A DNA stretch of 64,000 nt from contig CAWINJ010000002.1 of the NCBI GenBank assembly GCA_963837435.1, forward strand, positions 316,457 through 380,456. Direction: 5' to 3'. Made by a program: the position numbers and the translations under genes. The stretch is from an uncultured Gammaproteobacteria bacterium. GTDB lineage: Bacteria; Pseudomonadota; Gammaproteobacteria; Steroidobacterales; Steroidobacteraceae. Positions 1-9,360 of this stretch are shown in pieces. The notes under the pieces were generated by a model. That model was given only the letters and a program-made list of their open reading frames with translations. It was not told the origin of the DNA and searched no databases. Each line of letters starts with the position of its first letter. The first letter of the stretch is position 1.

Positions 1-876
1 GATTCTCAGGCCGTCGCGCTCCGCTCCGATCACTCGATGACCTAGATGGATGTCTCCGCCCCGGGCCGTGACCTGACGGGCGACCTCCTCCCACATTTGA
101 CCGGGGCCATATTGGGGGTAGAGGAATCGCTCGATCAGGCTGGTTTCGGTTCCCTTCTGGGAGGCGTCCGCCGAGGCGCGAAAGGGTTTAGCCAGCGCGT
201 GTCCGACCGCCTTCGCCACCGACAGGCCCTTAATGCGCTGAGCGCCCCATTCCGCGGAAATCTCTTCGCAGGGAACGCCCCACACCTTCTCTGTGTAGTC
301 CTTGAAGAAGGTGCGATACAGCCGGGATCCGAAGCGGTTGATCAAAAAATCTTCCAAGGTGATTTCGGGAGCTCTGGAGAGGAGCTGCGCTTTGCCGTAG
401 CTCAAGCCAATTTGAAGCGCCTCGATGAGCCCCAAATTCTTGATCGTCTCGGCATTCAGAGTCAGCGGATAGTCGAAGAACCGGCGCCGATAGAAGATTC
501 TGGATAGGCGTTGGCGAACCAGCATGACCGCCTCGGCAGAGGCGGGCGCAAGCTGTTCCGGTCTGAGATCTCGCGCCTGGCCTTGGTAGTGGATGCGCGT
601 TGGGCCCGACTGCGCCGATTGCCCCTCGGCCACCGGCAAGATCTCTTGCCACCAGCGCATTACCCAATCTGACTTTGAAAAGAATCGATGGCCGCCCAGA
701 TCCATGCGATTGCCGCGGTAGTCGATCGTCTTGGAGATCCCGCCGACCTGAGCGTCGGCCTCGAACACCATCGGCGTGACATCCGAACGCCGCAGAAGCT
801 CGAGGGCGGCCGTCAGTCCGGCAGGCCCAGCGCCGGCTATGACGGCAATCTTCCTTTGCTTATCCGGCGCGGTCAT
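1..876 (-). CDS. NAD(P)/FAD-dependent oxidoreductase (amine-oxidase / UDP-galactopyranose-mutase-like Rossmann flavoprotein); C-terminus lies beyond the window edge
   Basis: The minus-strand frame is open from position 1 to the ATG at 876-874, with no TTA/CTA/TCA triplets in that phase. It is missing from the ORF track only because it has no stop inside the window. Hand translation starts [33 protein letters not shown] (GxGxxG dinucleotide fold). Later it reads [16 protein letters not shown]. Its start overlaps the gtrA-like stop (ATGA). Confidence 0.6.
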   Translation of the reverse strand, partial: MTAPDKQRKIAVIAGAGPAGLTAALELLRRSDVTPMVFEADAQVGGISKTIDYRGNRMDLGGHRFFSKSDWVMRWWQEILPVAEGQSAQSGPTRIHYQGQARDLRPEQLAPASAEAVMLVRQRLSRIFYRRRFFDYPLTLNAETIKNLGLIEALQIGLSYGKAQLLSRAPEITLEDFLINRFGSRLYRTFFKDYTEKVWGVPCEEISAEWGAQRIKGLSVAKAVGHALAKPFRASADASQKGTETSLIERFLYPQYGPGQMWEEVARQVTARGGDIHLGHRVIGAERDGLRI

Positions 877-1286
877 GCCGATCTGTCTTCAAGCGCGCGG
901 CGCTGCACGAATAGAAATTGGCGGCGCGCCACAAAATTCCATGCAAAGGTGAAGCCGGCGGCAGCGCATTTTGCGATGAGAAAGTGCAGCCCCAGGCATT
1001 TGATGCCGAAAGAAATCACAGCGGCGTTGATCACCACGCCGACCCCTCCGATGCTCGCGAAGCTGGCAAATTCCAAGCGCCGGTCCCTGAGGCGCCGATA
1101 CTGGAAGACTAATTTCACGGAAAAGGCGTAGGCGACCAATAGTCCTGCCGAGAAGGAGGTTGTCGCAGCCAGGAGATACCACCATGAAAAATAGTGGACG
1201 AGAACCCATAAGATCGTCATGTCGACGAGCAGCGCGCACCCGGACACGACGGTATACCCGATGGCTTCTTGAACGACGGTTCTCAT
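873..1286 (-). CDS. GtrA-family small membrane protein (polyprenyl-phosphate-sugar associated)
   Basis: 137-aa ORF with four hydrophobic helices. The C-terminal [19 protein letters not shown] resembles the GtrA-like family signature. ATGA overlaps occur on both sides (1283-1286 and 873-876). Confidence 0.75.
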   Translation of the reverse strand: MRTVVQEAIGYTVVSGCALLVDMTILWVLVHYFSWWYLLAATTSFSAGLLVAYAFSVKLVFQYRRLRDRRLEFASFASIGGVGVVINAAVISFGIKCLGLHFLIAKCAAAGFTFAWNFVARRQFLFVQRRALEDRSA

Positions 1287-3205
1287 ATCGCCGATGCTTT
1301 CGTGCGGACTTGCCGGCAGTCATAGAGGTTCCAGTCCTTGAATTGTCCGCCCTGTCGGTGGCGCAGAGGCGCAAACCCCACGTCCTGCGGCGCGGCAACA
1401 AAGCCCAACTTCGGATCCGTGCAAATCTCCACCAGCGTCTTTGCGGTAAGCGGCCGAGGCGGCGAGGGGTTCTTGCGCTTATCGCTCGGACTCCTGCTCA
1501 GGCTCGTCAGTATCTTCCAATCTGGATCCATGAGAGGGAGCAGAACCTGCGAGCGGCGCTGGACTTCGAGAGCGGTCGTGCGCGAGAAGACCACACCGGC
1601 GGATTGATCCGACGCCAAGTAGTTCGGCCGCTGCAGCGTGAACCAAACGAAGGCGCCCACGTCATACGCAGGTGCGACGAGTACGGTGCTGGTTGGAGGA
1701 ATCGCGTTGGACCAATCCGCAAAATCCCTGATATCCGAGTCGGAGGCGAGCGTGCGGGGCTGGCTGAACGCCGTCGGCAAAACGACTATCGCCAGTGCGG
1801 CGAGCAGCACGGAGAGGGACGCGGGCACCCATGGTGTCCGGCTGGCTCGAGTGCACCACCATGCAAACGCCGCAATCATCACCGCCGGGATTTTCAATCC
1901 AAAGATCTCGAGTAGTTGCGTCACGGCCGATGGTGCACGTCCCGACGGATGAGCGGGAGGCGACACGATCGACCAGGACCTGATCAAAATCCACACCAGG
2001 ACGGCAATGCCGAGCGCGGCGGACAGCCATCGAAGGTACTGAGCTGCGCGAGCGCTGATACGGGTGCGCGCGAACCAGAGGATCAGCGCCAGCGATACAC
2101 AGGCTGTGCCGTCGACTGCAGTCAAAGTCCAGCCCGATACCAGCAATAGCGCGCAAAGCGGGCCGCACCTTTCATCCCGCCAGACATTCACGATCGTGAC
2201 GGGAAGCAGCAGCGCGCTCATGAATACGGTGACCCACACCCATCGCCAAGCTTGGCCTTGCACCAGTATCGCAACCGGGCCAACCGCGCCGGCGATGAAC
2301 GCGACCGCCAATCCACTGGCTCCTACCAGCGCGGCGGCCATGCAAAGCTTTCGAATGCTTTGACTCGGAACGGCCATCGCGGTGAACGCCAAATAGAGAA
2401 ATGGCCGCGCATTCAGATCCCAATCGCGAGCCGACCAGAGTTGCAAGAACAAGAATTGCGAACGCTCCCGCACGATCCCGAGCCACGCCGCATCCATGAG
2501 GGTGAGCAGATGGGAAGCTGCCGGCAGGTTGGACGCGGCGGAAGGAACGTTCGCCCCGACAATCGCGAGTGCGAAAGCGATCACGAGTGCGCCGATGGCG
2601 CCCGCGATGGTCACGCGGGCCGGCTGCCGTAGGCAAAGCAATAGGAGCAATCCAGGCAGGGCTATCAGCGGGTGCACGAACAGCGCTCCGACAGCCAGCA
2701 ATAGCCCGAGTCGCTCCCTGCCTCGAACCTGACAGGCAAGGGCGGTAACCACCAATGCCTCGGCGGGTAAGCGGGCCGTCAAAAACTGCTCGGTCAAACG
2801 GAACACGCCGGACCCGCCGTAGCCTCCGGCGACGATCAGTAAGAAAGCGACCGCCAACCACGCGGTGTCGCGGCCGGTAACGGTACGCGCAAAACTCCAT
2901 GCGGCGGCCAAAAGCCAGGCGGTAAAGATCAAGGTGAGCAGTCGGGCCGCCGTCTCCAGGCCCAACAGACGAATAAACCACGCATACACCGGCGAAAAAA
3001 TCGTGAATTGATCCTGCGAGGTGTTCTGCAGATAGAGATCTGTCGTCAGCTGCGGATGGATTCTGGCAAACGCCTGGAACGCGTAGATCTGGCCGTCGCC
3101 CGTGAGACCGTGGTAGCCGTGCATGAGCAGCCATAGTGCTACCAGCATCAGGGTCAGGGATACGGTGGCGATCTTCGATTCGAACCCAGGGACAGACGAG
3201 TGCAT
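1283..3205 (-). CDS. Large polytopic membrane protein (640 aa) with a hydrophilic C-terminal domain; family not recognised, possible glycosyltransferase or polymerase
   Basis: Long ORF with at least 12 hydrophobic segments, followed by a roughly 150-aa hydrophilic C-terminus (DSDIRDFADWSNAIPP...). It is translationally coupled to gtrA. Codon usage is coherent, unlike the shadow ORFs on the opposite strand. Confidence 0.6.
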   Translation of the reverse strand: MHSSVPGFESKIATVSLTLMLVALWLLMHGYHGLTGDGQIYAFQAFARIHPQLTTDLYLQNTSQDQFTIFSPVYAWFIRLLGLETAARLLTLIFTAWLLAAAWSFARTVTGRDTAWLAVAFLLIVAGGYGGSGVFRLTEQFLTARLPAEALVVTALACQVRGRERLGLLLAVGALFVHPLIALPGLLLLLCLRQPARVTIAGAIGALVIAFALAIVGANVPSAASNLPAASHLLTLMDAAWLGIVRERSQFLFLQLWSARDWDLNARPFLYLAFTAMAVPSQSIRKLCMAAALVGASGLAVAFIAGAVGPVAILVQGQAWRWVWVTVFMSALLLPVTIVNVWRDERCGPLCALLLVSGWTLTAVDGTACVSLALILWFARTRISARAAQYLRWLSAALGIAVLVWILIRSWSIVSPPAHPSGRAPSAVTQLLEIFGLKIPAVMIAAFAWWCTRASRTPWVPASLSVLLAALAIVVLPTAFSQPRTLASDSDIRDFADWSNAIPPTSTVLVAPAYDVGAFVWFTLQRPNYLASDQSAGVVFSRTTALEVQRRSQVLLPLMDPDWKILTSLSRSPSDKRKNPSPPRPLTAKTLVEICTDPKLGFVAAPQDVGFAPLRHRQGGQFKDWNLYDCRQVRTKASAI

Positions 3206-5041
3206 TGCAGGAGGTCTTGTGTAAACATCGCATTATGCACGAGGCGGCAATCGCAGAAGTGCTTCACTTGCAGCACATTGGGAGACCCCAGCTGCATTGG
3301 CCGCGGGAACTATGAGCCGGAATTGCCGTTGACCATCCTGAGCGACCGCCGCATCGTCTGGACATGCCTGCTGGCCAGTGCAGCATGCCTTGCCTATTTC
3401 CATGCGCTTGACCGTATGCTTTTTTCCAGTGCGCACTTCTCGCTCATTTTCAAGCGGCTGCTGATCGTTTACGACGCTCAGGCCGCGTGGCTGGCGTTGG
3501 GGATTTGTCTTGTCGCGGCTCTATGGAATCGACCGGGACCTATATTGAGGGTGGCGGAGTTCCTCGGCGAGCACCCCTATTCCGTCGCAGCAGCAAGCAC
3601 GGCCATGATGGCGCTGGGGGCCGTTGTCGTGTATCACGACTATCCGTTCTCGATGGACGAATACGCCGCGGTCTTTCAATCGAAGATCTTTGCCTCGGGA
3701 CACCTCTTTGCGCAACTGCCGCAAGACTTGATCGACTGGCTGGTGGTCCGCGGCTTCAATGGCTTTTTTCTGGTGGCGTCGCCGGAAACCGGTAGAGCCA
3801 TCGAACAGTACTGGCCGGGTTTTGCGCTCTTGCTGGCGCCGTTCGAATTTCTCAAGGTGCCCTGGCTTTGCAACGCCTCGCTCGCCGGCCTTGCCATCCT
3901 TCTCGTCCACCGGATTACCCGGGAGATCTCGGGCGATCAGCGCGCCGCCGGCTGGGCGGTGCTGTTCACCGTGGCTTCGGGTGCTTTCGTGGCCGATGCG
4001 CTTTCCTACTATTCGATGCAGGCCCACCTGACCGCGAACTTGGCTGTGGTCGCGTTGTTGCTGAAACCGAGCTCATCCCGGGCTTTGGGCGCCGGACTCG
4101 TCGGGTCGCTGGCGTTGATTCTGCACAACCCGTTTCCGCATGCACTATTCGCGGCTCCGTGGATAGGTTCGATGGCGCTGAATCGGGATCAGCGCTCATT
4201 CCTCTCGCCGCTGATACTTGGCTACCTGCCCGGTCTGGGTGTGGGTCTGGGTTGGCTGGTGTTTCGCTCGGATATCGCTTCGGCACAGGGTATGTCGGCG
4301 ATGAGCGAGGTTGCCCATGGTATTTTTGCGTGGCCCGACGCGGCGATGGTGAATATGCGCGCCGCTGCGGTGGCCAAAATGTGGGTGTGGGCAGTGCCGG
4401 GCTTGTTTATCGTGACCGTCTTGGGTGCTCTTCGTCACCGGCACAATCGCCACGTGCGTCTATTGGCGCAATCCGCTGTACTGACATTTGCCGCCTATCT
4501 GTTCGTGCGGTTTGATCAGGGCCACGGATGGGGGTATCGCTATTTTCACTCCGCGTGGGGCGCTGTCCCCATCTTGGCGGGCTGTGCCATGAAGAGTGAG
4601 GCGGGAGACCGGTTTGGGGCGAATATGCGGTTGGCGTCATTCGCGGGCGCCGCGGCGATCTTGAATCTGCTGATCGTGCTGCCGTTTCAAATGCGTCAAA
4701 TTGACGAGATCATTGCGCAGCACCTGGCGCAGCTCCCGGCGCCTAGGAGGCCTGGTAACAATGTGTATTTCATTCACCCGCGGGGCGGATTCTACGTGGC
4801 GGACATGGTTCAAATCGACCCTCTGTTCAGAGAGCCCGATTTGTTATTGGTGAGCCGCGGAGCGGACTTGGATGCGCGACTGATTCGGCGGAACTGGCCG
4901 GGTGCGGTCAGGATCGCCAGCGACCGGGCCGCGGATCAATGGTATTTAGGTCCGCAAGACCGGCGCGTACCGGGCAGGAACGGCCAACCGCATTTCGAGT
5001 TTCTGCCCGGCCCTATTCCTCCCAGCGCTGCGGATCGCTGA
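3200..5041 (+). CDS. Large polytopic membrane protein, putative GT-C-fold (ArnT/PMT-like) glycosyltransferase; start codon uncertain
   Basis: 613-aa maximal ORF. The first predicted loop carries YPFSMDEYAAVFQSKIF, which resembles the acidic DE-x-Y loop motif of ArnT/PMT-type GT-C enzymes. Many TM helices are followed by a soluble C-terminus. The true start is probably downstream of 3200 (TTG 3329 or ATG 3416), because 3200 overlaps the divergent gene. Confidence 0.5.
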   Translation: MHCRRSCVNIALCTRRQSQKCFTCSTLGDPSCIGRGNYEPELPLTILSDRRIVWTCLLASAACLAYFHALDRMLFSSAHFSLIFKRLLIVYDAQAAWLALGICLVAALWNRPGPILRVAEFLGEHPYSVAAASTAMMALGAVVVYHDYPFSMDEYAAVFQSKIFASGHLFAQLPQDLIDWLVVRGFNGFFLVASPETGRAIEQYWPGFALLLAPFEFLKVPWLCNASLAGLAILLVHRITREISGDQRAAGWAVLFTVASGAFVADALSYYSMQAHLTANLAVVALLLKPSSSRALGAGLVGSLALILHNPFPHALFAAPWIGSMALNRDQRSFLSPLILGYLPGLGVGLGWLVFRSDIASAQGMSAMSEVAHGIFAWPDAAMVNMRAAAVAKMWVWAVPGLFIVTVLGALRHRHNRHVRLLAQSAVLTFAAYLFVRFDQGHGWGYRYFHSAWGAVPILAGCAMKSEAGDRFGANMRLASFAGAAAILNLLIVLPFQMRQIDEIIAQHLAQLPAPRRPGNNVYFIHPRGGFYVADMVQIDPLFREPDLLLVSRGADLDARLIRRNWPGAVRIASDRAADQWYLGPQDRRVPGRNGQPHFEFLPGPIPPSAADR

Positions 5042-6629
5042 ACACGACCCTGAACAGGCTGCCGTCGCCGCCGCGCGGCTCGTAGAGCAGGATGGCGCGG
5101 TTCAGCTGGCACATTTCGCGGGCGATGAACAGCCCGAGTCCGGTACCGCCCTTTCGTCCAGTGAAAAAAGGCTCGAAGATACGATCAACCGCGTGTGGTT
5201 CTATTCCTGGGCCACGGTCGGCGACCTCCAGGAAGGGCCGGTTGCTCGGGTTCAAGCGGCCGAGCCTGATTTCGACGCTGATCCCGCCGCGTGCCTCGCC
5301 GTACTTGATGGCGTTGTCGCATAGATTCCATACCACTTGGTGCAAGTGGCTGGGATCGAAGCGCACTTCCAGATCGTCGGCCGCTTCCTGGAAACCGATC
5401 CGGCTTCTGGGTACTTGCATGGTCTCGCAGAATTCACCCAAGAACTCATCGGCCCAGTCACCGAGCGAGAGACGTGTCGGGTTCGTGGCCTCGCGGCGCG
5501 ATAGCTGCAATACATTGTTGATGATGGTGCTGACGCGCTCGGAGTTGCTGTGAATGATGTCCGTCAGCCGGCGTTCGTCGGGACCGATATTGGGGCTTTC
5601 GGCGAGCAGCTGGCCCGCGTGGCTCATGGCGCCGACGGGGTTTCGGATTTCATGCGCGATGCTGGCGGACAGCCGGCCAAGCGCCGCGAGCTTGCCCTGC
5701 TGGACGCGCTCGGCCATAAGAGAGGTGTCTTCGAGAAAGATCAGGGTGGGGCCGGGTGCGATGCCCCCCAGGGGCGCGAAGTGCGGCTGAATCACGCGGG
5801 CGCCGTCGGCCGCGACGAAGCTCGAGGGGGAATTCTCGTCCTGTTCGCTCTGGCGCCAGGTTGCCAGGGAGTACAGCAGGCGCGGCGACACCTCACCCAC
5901 CAACGCGCCGGGCACGGCGTGGTTGTCGCCGAGAATTTCCGCGGCCGATTCGTTGATGAGGCGGATTTTATCGCCCGCGTCGACCACCAACAGGCTCTCG
6001 CGCAGGTGCTGCACGATGTACTGGGAGAGCTCGGCAAGATTCGCCAGATCGATGTCCTTCTGCCGGACCAAATCCTCGCTTTCGCGCATCCGGCTGGCAA
6101 CGAAGCTTGCGGCACTGGCGAAGACGAACAGCACGATGCCGAGCAGACCCGCCGTTGCATACGAGATGATGTCGGCATGCCCGTTCAACTGCTGCCAAAT
6201 GGTGTCGGTCAATAGCGCAATGACCGCGATTGCCGCCAGGAACAGGGCGCTGCGCGGCGGCAGCAGGAACGCCAGGCCGCCGACGGGAAGCAATAGCAAC
6301 AGGCCGAGGCCGCTGGTAATCCCGCCGCAGGCGTGCACCAGCAGGATCAGCAGCGTTAGATCCACCGTAGCTTGCAGGACGGTTTGAACGTAGGCGCTCG
6401 CCAGACGCCGGCGCACCAAGATGATGCTGCCCAGCCCGAAGCACAGGTACGACAGGGTGGCACCGAAGAACAGCGGCCGCGAGTCGACCGCAAAGCCGCG
6501 CGCGCTGCCCAAGGGGTACAGGGCGAGGACGACCATGGGCGCCAGGACCCGGTACAAGTTGAGCAGCCCGAGCACGCGCCAGTTCAAGGCGGGGTTCAGG
6601 TCGGTGCTGCGGTCGAAGGGAGGGTTCAA
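5013..6629 (-). CDS. Sensor histidine kinase, PilS/NtrB-like (multi-TM N-terminus, PAS, HisKA, HATPase)
   Basis: 538 aa. The N-terminal roughly 190 aa carry about six hydrophobic helices (LNLYRVLAPMVVLALYPL...). H-box SASIAHEIRNPV. ATPase boxes DRGPGI and GGTGLGLFIAREM. No response regulator gene is adjacent. Confidence 0.75.
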   Translation of the reverse strand: MNPPFDRSTDLNPALNWRVLGLLNLYRVLAPMVVLALYPLGSARGFAVDSRPLFFGATLSYLCFGLGSIILVRRRLASAYVQTVLQATVDLTLLILLVHACGGITSGLGLLLLLPVGGLAFLLPPRSALFLAAIAVIALLTDTIWQQLNGHADIISYATAGLLGIVLFVFASAASFVASRMRESEDLVRQKDIDLANLAELSQYIVQHLRESLLVVDAGDKIRLINESAAEILGDNHAVPGALVGEVSPRLLYSLATWRQSEQDENSPSSFVAADGARVIQPHFAPLGGIAPGPTLIFLEDTSLMAERVQQGKLAALGRLSASIAHEIRNPVGAMSHAGQLLAESPNIGPDERRLTDIIHSNSERVSTIINNVLQLSRREATNPTRLSLGDWADEFLGEFCETMQVPRSRIGFQEAADDLEVRFDPSHLHQVVWNLCDNAIKYGEARGGISVEIRLGRLNPSNRPFLEVADRGPGIEPHAVDRIFEPFFTGRKGGTGLGLFIAREMCQLNRAILLYEPRGGDGSLFRVVFSDPQRWEE

Positions 6630-6722
6630 TGTTGTTGTCCTCAGGGCGGCTTTGCGCTGCCCTCGAGCTTAATTCAGAATAGCGCGCCTTACGCGACCGG
6701 TTCAGCCCGGAAGGATATTTTG

Positions 6723-8387
6723 ATGAGTTTGACCCAGTGGGGCAACTTGGCTCATTCGCAGCGCTTGCGCTGTGTCATGGCGCAGCTCAATCTGGTCGTC
6801 GGCGATGTGGACGGCAACACTTCGCGCATCGTGGCAGCGGCGGTCGCCGCCCGCGATCGACACCGGGCGGACGTGGTCATGGTGCCCGAGCTCGCGGTGT
6901 CGGGCTACCCGCCGGAAGACCTGTTGTTTCACTCCGGCATGCGCTTGCAGGTGGGGCGCTCGCTCGAGCGCTTGAAGCAGGAGGTGCGCGGTATCACGTT
7001 GATCGCCGGCTACCCGGAGTACGTGGGCACGACGATCTTCAATTCGGCGGTGGTGATCCGCGACGGTGCCGTGCTCGCCAACCATCGCAAGGCCTGCCTG
7101 CCCAACTACCGGGTGTTCGACGAGAAGCGCTACTTCACCCCGGGCACGGAACCCACCATCGTGGAGTTCAACGGCGTGAAGGCCGGCGTGCTGGTGTGCG
7201 AGGACGTTTGGGAAGCGGAGCCGGCGCGCCGGGCCCGCCAGGCCGGGGCGCAGGTACTGCTGGTCATCAACGCCTCGCCCTACGAGGTCGACAAGCAAAC
7301 CCAGCGCGAGCAGGACATCGGCCGGGCGCGCGTCGGCGAAACGGGGATACCGCTGGTATTCGTGAATCTGATCGGCGGTCAGGATGAGCTGGTATTCGAC
7401 GGCAACTCCTTCGTGATGAGTGCGCAGGGGGAGGTCACGCTGCGGGCGCCGGCATTCACCGAGGGCTTGTACGCCGTGGATCTCGAGGCGGATGCGTCGG
7501 GGGTGGTCAGACCGCGGCCCGGCGTCATCGTGCCGCTGCAATGCCAGGAAGAGAGTGTGTACGGAGCGCTGGTACAGGGCACGCGCGACTATGTGGACAA
7601 GCATCGCTTTCCCGGCGCCGTATTGGGCCTGTCGGGGGGCGTGGATTCCGCATTGACCTTGGTGCTCGCGGTCGATGCCCTCGGCGCGGATCGTGTGCAC
7701 TCGGTGTCGATGCCTTCGCGCTATACCTCGCAGATGAGCAAGGACGACGCCGCGCTGCAGGCGAAGTGGCTCGGGGTGGAACACAGCGAGATTTCCATCG
7801 AGGGCATGTTCGAGGCCACCCTGGCCGCGCTCAAGGACGAGTTCGTCGGCCGCGCACCGGATACCACGGAGGAGAACATCCAGGCACGCTGCCGCGGCGT
7901 GCTGCTGATGGGCATCTCCAACAAGACCGGCAAGATGCTGCTCACCACGGGCAACAAGAGCGAAATGTCGGTGGGCTATGCTACGCTGTACGGCGACATG
8001 GCCGGCGGCTTCGCGCCCATCAAGGATTGCAGCAAATTGCTGGTGTACCGGCTTTGCGCCTGGCGCAACTCGCGATCGCAGGCCATTCCCAGCCGTGTGA
8101 TCGAGCGCCCGCCGTCGGCGGAGCTGCGCTTCGAGCAGAAGGATACGGACAGCTTGCCGCCCTACGAGGTTCTCGATCCCATCCTCGAGGCCTTCATCGA
8201 GGAGGATCTGTCGGTGGACCAGATCGCGGCGCGCGGCTTCGATCGGGCCACCGTGGGACGCATACTGGATCTGGTGAAGCGCAACGAATACAAGCGGCGC
8301 CAGGCTCCTCCCGGCGTGCGCGTCAGCGGCCGGGCGTTCGGCCGCGATTGGCGCTATCCGATCACGAGCGGATACAAATCGCGCTAG
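6723..8387 (+). CDS. nadE: Glutamine-dependent NAD+ synthetase
   Basis: A CN-hydrolase domain (PELAVSGYPPEDLL, LVCEDVWE) is fused to a PP-loop synthetase domain (LGLSGGVDSAL). ATG 6723 is preceded by GGAAGGA; ATG 6777 is an alternative. The track start at 6372 is an in-frame upstream extension overlapping the divergent kinase. Confidence 0.9.
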   Translation: MSLTQWGNLAHSQRLRCVMAQLNLVVGDVDGNTSRIVAAAVAARDRHRADVVMVPELAVSGYPPEDLLFHSGMRLQVGRSLERLKQEVRGITLIAGYPEYVGTTIFNSAVVIRDGAVLANHRKACLPNYRVFDEKRYFTPGTEPTIVEFNGVKAGVLVCEDVWEAEPARRARQAGAQVLLVINASPYEVDKQTQREQDIGRARVGETGIPLVFVNLIGGQDELVFDGNSFVMSAQGEVTLRAPAFTEGLYAVDLEADASGVVRPRPGVIVPLQCQEESVYGALVQGTRDYVDKHRFPGAVLGLSGGVDSALTLVLAVDALGADRVHSVSMPSRYTSQMSKDDAALQAKWLGVEHSEISIEGMFEATLAALKDEFVGRAPDTTEENIQARCRGVLLMGISNKTGKMLLTTGNKSEMSVGYATLYGDMAGGFAPIKDCSKLLVYRLCAWRNSRSQAIPSRVIERPPSAELRFEQKDTDSLPPYEVLDPILEAFIEEDLSVDQIAARGFDRATVGRILDLVKRNEYKRRQAPPGVRVSGRAFGRDWRYPITSGYKSR

Positions 8388-8488
8388 GCGACTTCGCTAG
8401 TTGCGCCAGGCGACTTCGCTAGTTGCGCCAGGCGACTTCGCTGGTTGCGCCAGGCGACTTCGCTGGTCGCGCTGGGCGAATTCTCTAG
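8386..8488. repeat. Tandem direct repeat, 22-bp unit AGGCGACTTCGCTAGTTGCGCC, 4 full copies plus a degenerate partial fifth
   Basis: Read directly. Units are 8386-8407, 8408-8429 (identical), 8430-8451 (1 change), 8452-8473 (3 changes) and a partial unit 8474-8488. The array fills the whole gap between the nadE stop (TAG 8385-8387) and the bamD stop (8485-8487, minus strand). Confidence 0.9.
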
Positions 8489-9282
8489 AATATGGCCCAC
8501 CAGTGCTTCTTGGGCGCGACGTCCTTGGCGCTGGCCGGATAATTGTCGGCATACACGCGTTCGGCGTTGGCGGCCAGATCCACCATCTTCAGATCGCGGT
8601 AGGCGTCGACCAGCACCTTCATGGAGCCTTTCACGGCGGGCGCGCCGTCGTAGTTTTCCACGCAGTACTTGGCGCGATTGATCGCCCCCACATAGGCGCC
8701 GCGCCGCATGTAGTACAGGGCCACGTGCAGCTCGAAATCCGCCAAACGGTTGCGCAGGAAGACCATGCGCTGGCGCGAGTCGCTGACGTAGATGCTGTGC
8801 GGGTATTTATCGATCAGCTGCTGGAAGGCCTCGAAAGACTTGGTCGCGTTGATGGGCGGGCGCTGCGACAAATCGACGTTGAACCTGCGCTCGAGCCAGT
8901 TGGCCTGGCGCTCGAAATACACCAGACCCTTCATGTAGTAGGCGTAGTCGACCCGCGGATTGGTGGGGTTTTCGCGGATGAAGGTGTCGGCGGCGTCGAT
9001 CGCCGGGTCGGTCTGGTGGGCCTTGTAGTAGGCGAAGATCAAATCCAGCTGCGACTGGCGCGCCGGCTCGCTGAAGGGAAAGCGCGACTGCAGGGCTTCG
9101 AGCTGCTTGATCGCCTCGCCGTAGCTCGAGTTTTTCATGGCCTTCTGGGCCCGGGCATAGATCACTTCGGGGCCCGATTTGGCGTCGTCGCCGCGGTGGC
9201 TGCGGCAGCCGGCGGCCAGCATCGCTACACTCAAGGCGACGAGCAGCACACGGCTCGGATGGACAAGATCACGCAGTCTCAC
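8485..9282 (-). CDS. bamD: Outer membrane protein assembly factor BamD (YfiO/ComL lipoprotein)
   Basis: This is the C-terminal 265 codons of track ORF 8485..10296. GTG 9282 gives the lipoprotein signal VRLRDLVHPSRVLLVALSVAMLAAGC. TPR-like sequence YGEAIKQLEALQSRFPFSEPARQSQLDLIFAYYK. It is divergent from rluD, as in E. coli. Confidence 0.85.
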   Translation of the reverse strand: MRLRDLVHPSRVLLVALSVAMLAAGCRSHRGDDAKSGPEVIYARAQKAMKNSSYGEAIKQLEALQSRFPFSEPARQSQLDLIFAYYKAHQTDPAIDAADTFIRENPTNPRVDYAYYMKGLVYFERQANWLERRFNVDLSQRPPINATKSFEAFQQLIDKYPHSIYVSDSRQRMVFLRNRLADFELHVALYYMRRGAYVGAINRAKYCVENYDGAPAVKGSMKVLVDAYRDLKMVDLAANAERVYADNYPASAKDVAPKKHWWAIF

Positions 9283-9360
9283 AAGCGATTCCTTACAATG
9301 GGTGGGTCCTTCAAAGCGCGGCAGTATACCCGATGCCCCGCCGCTAGCTTCGAGTAGCCT

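Noticed and set aside
8386-8488. CRISPR array
   Set aside because: The repeats are directly abutting 22-mers with no spacers. No cas genes or leader are present. This is a simple tandem repeat.
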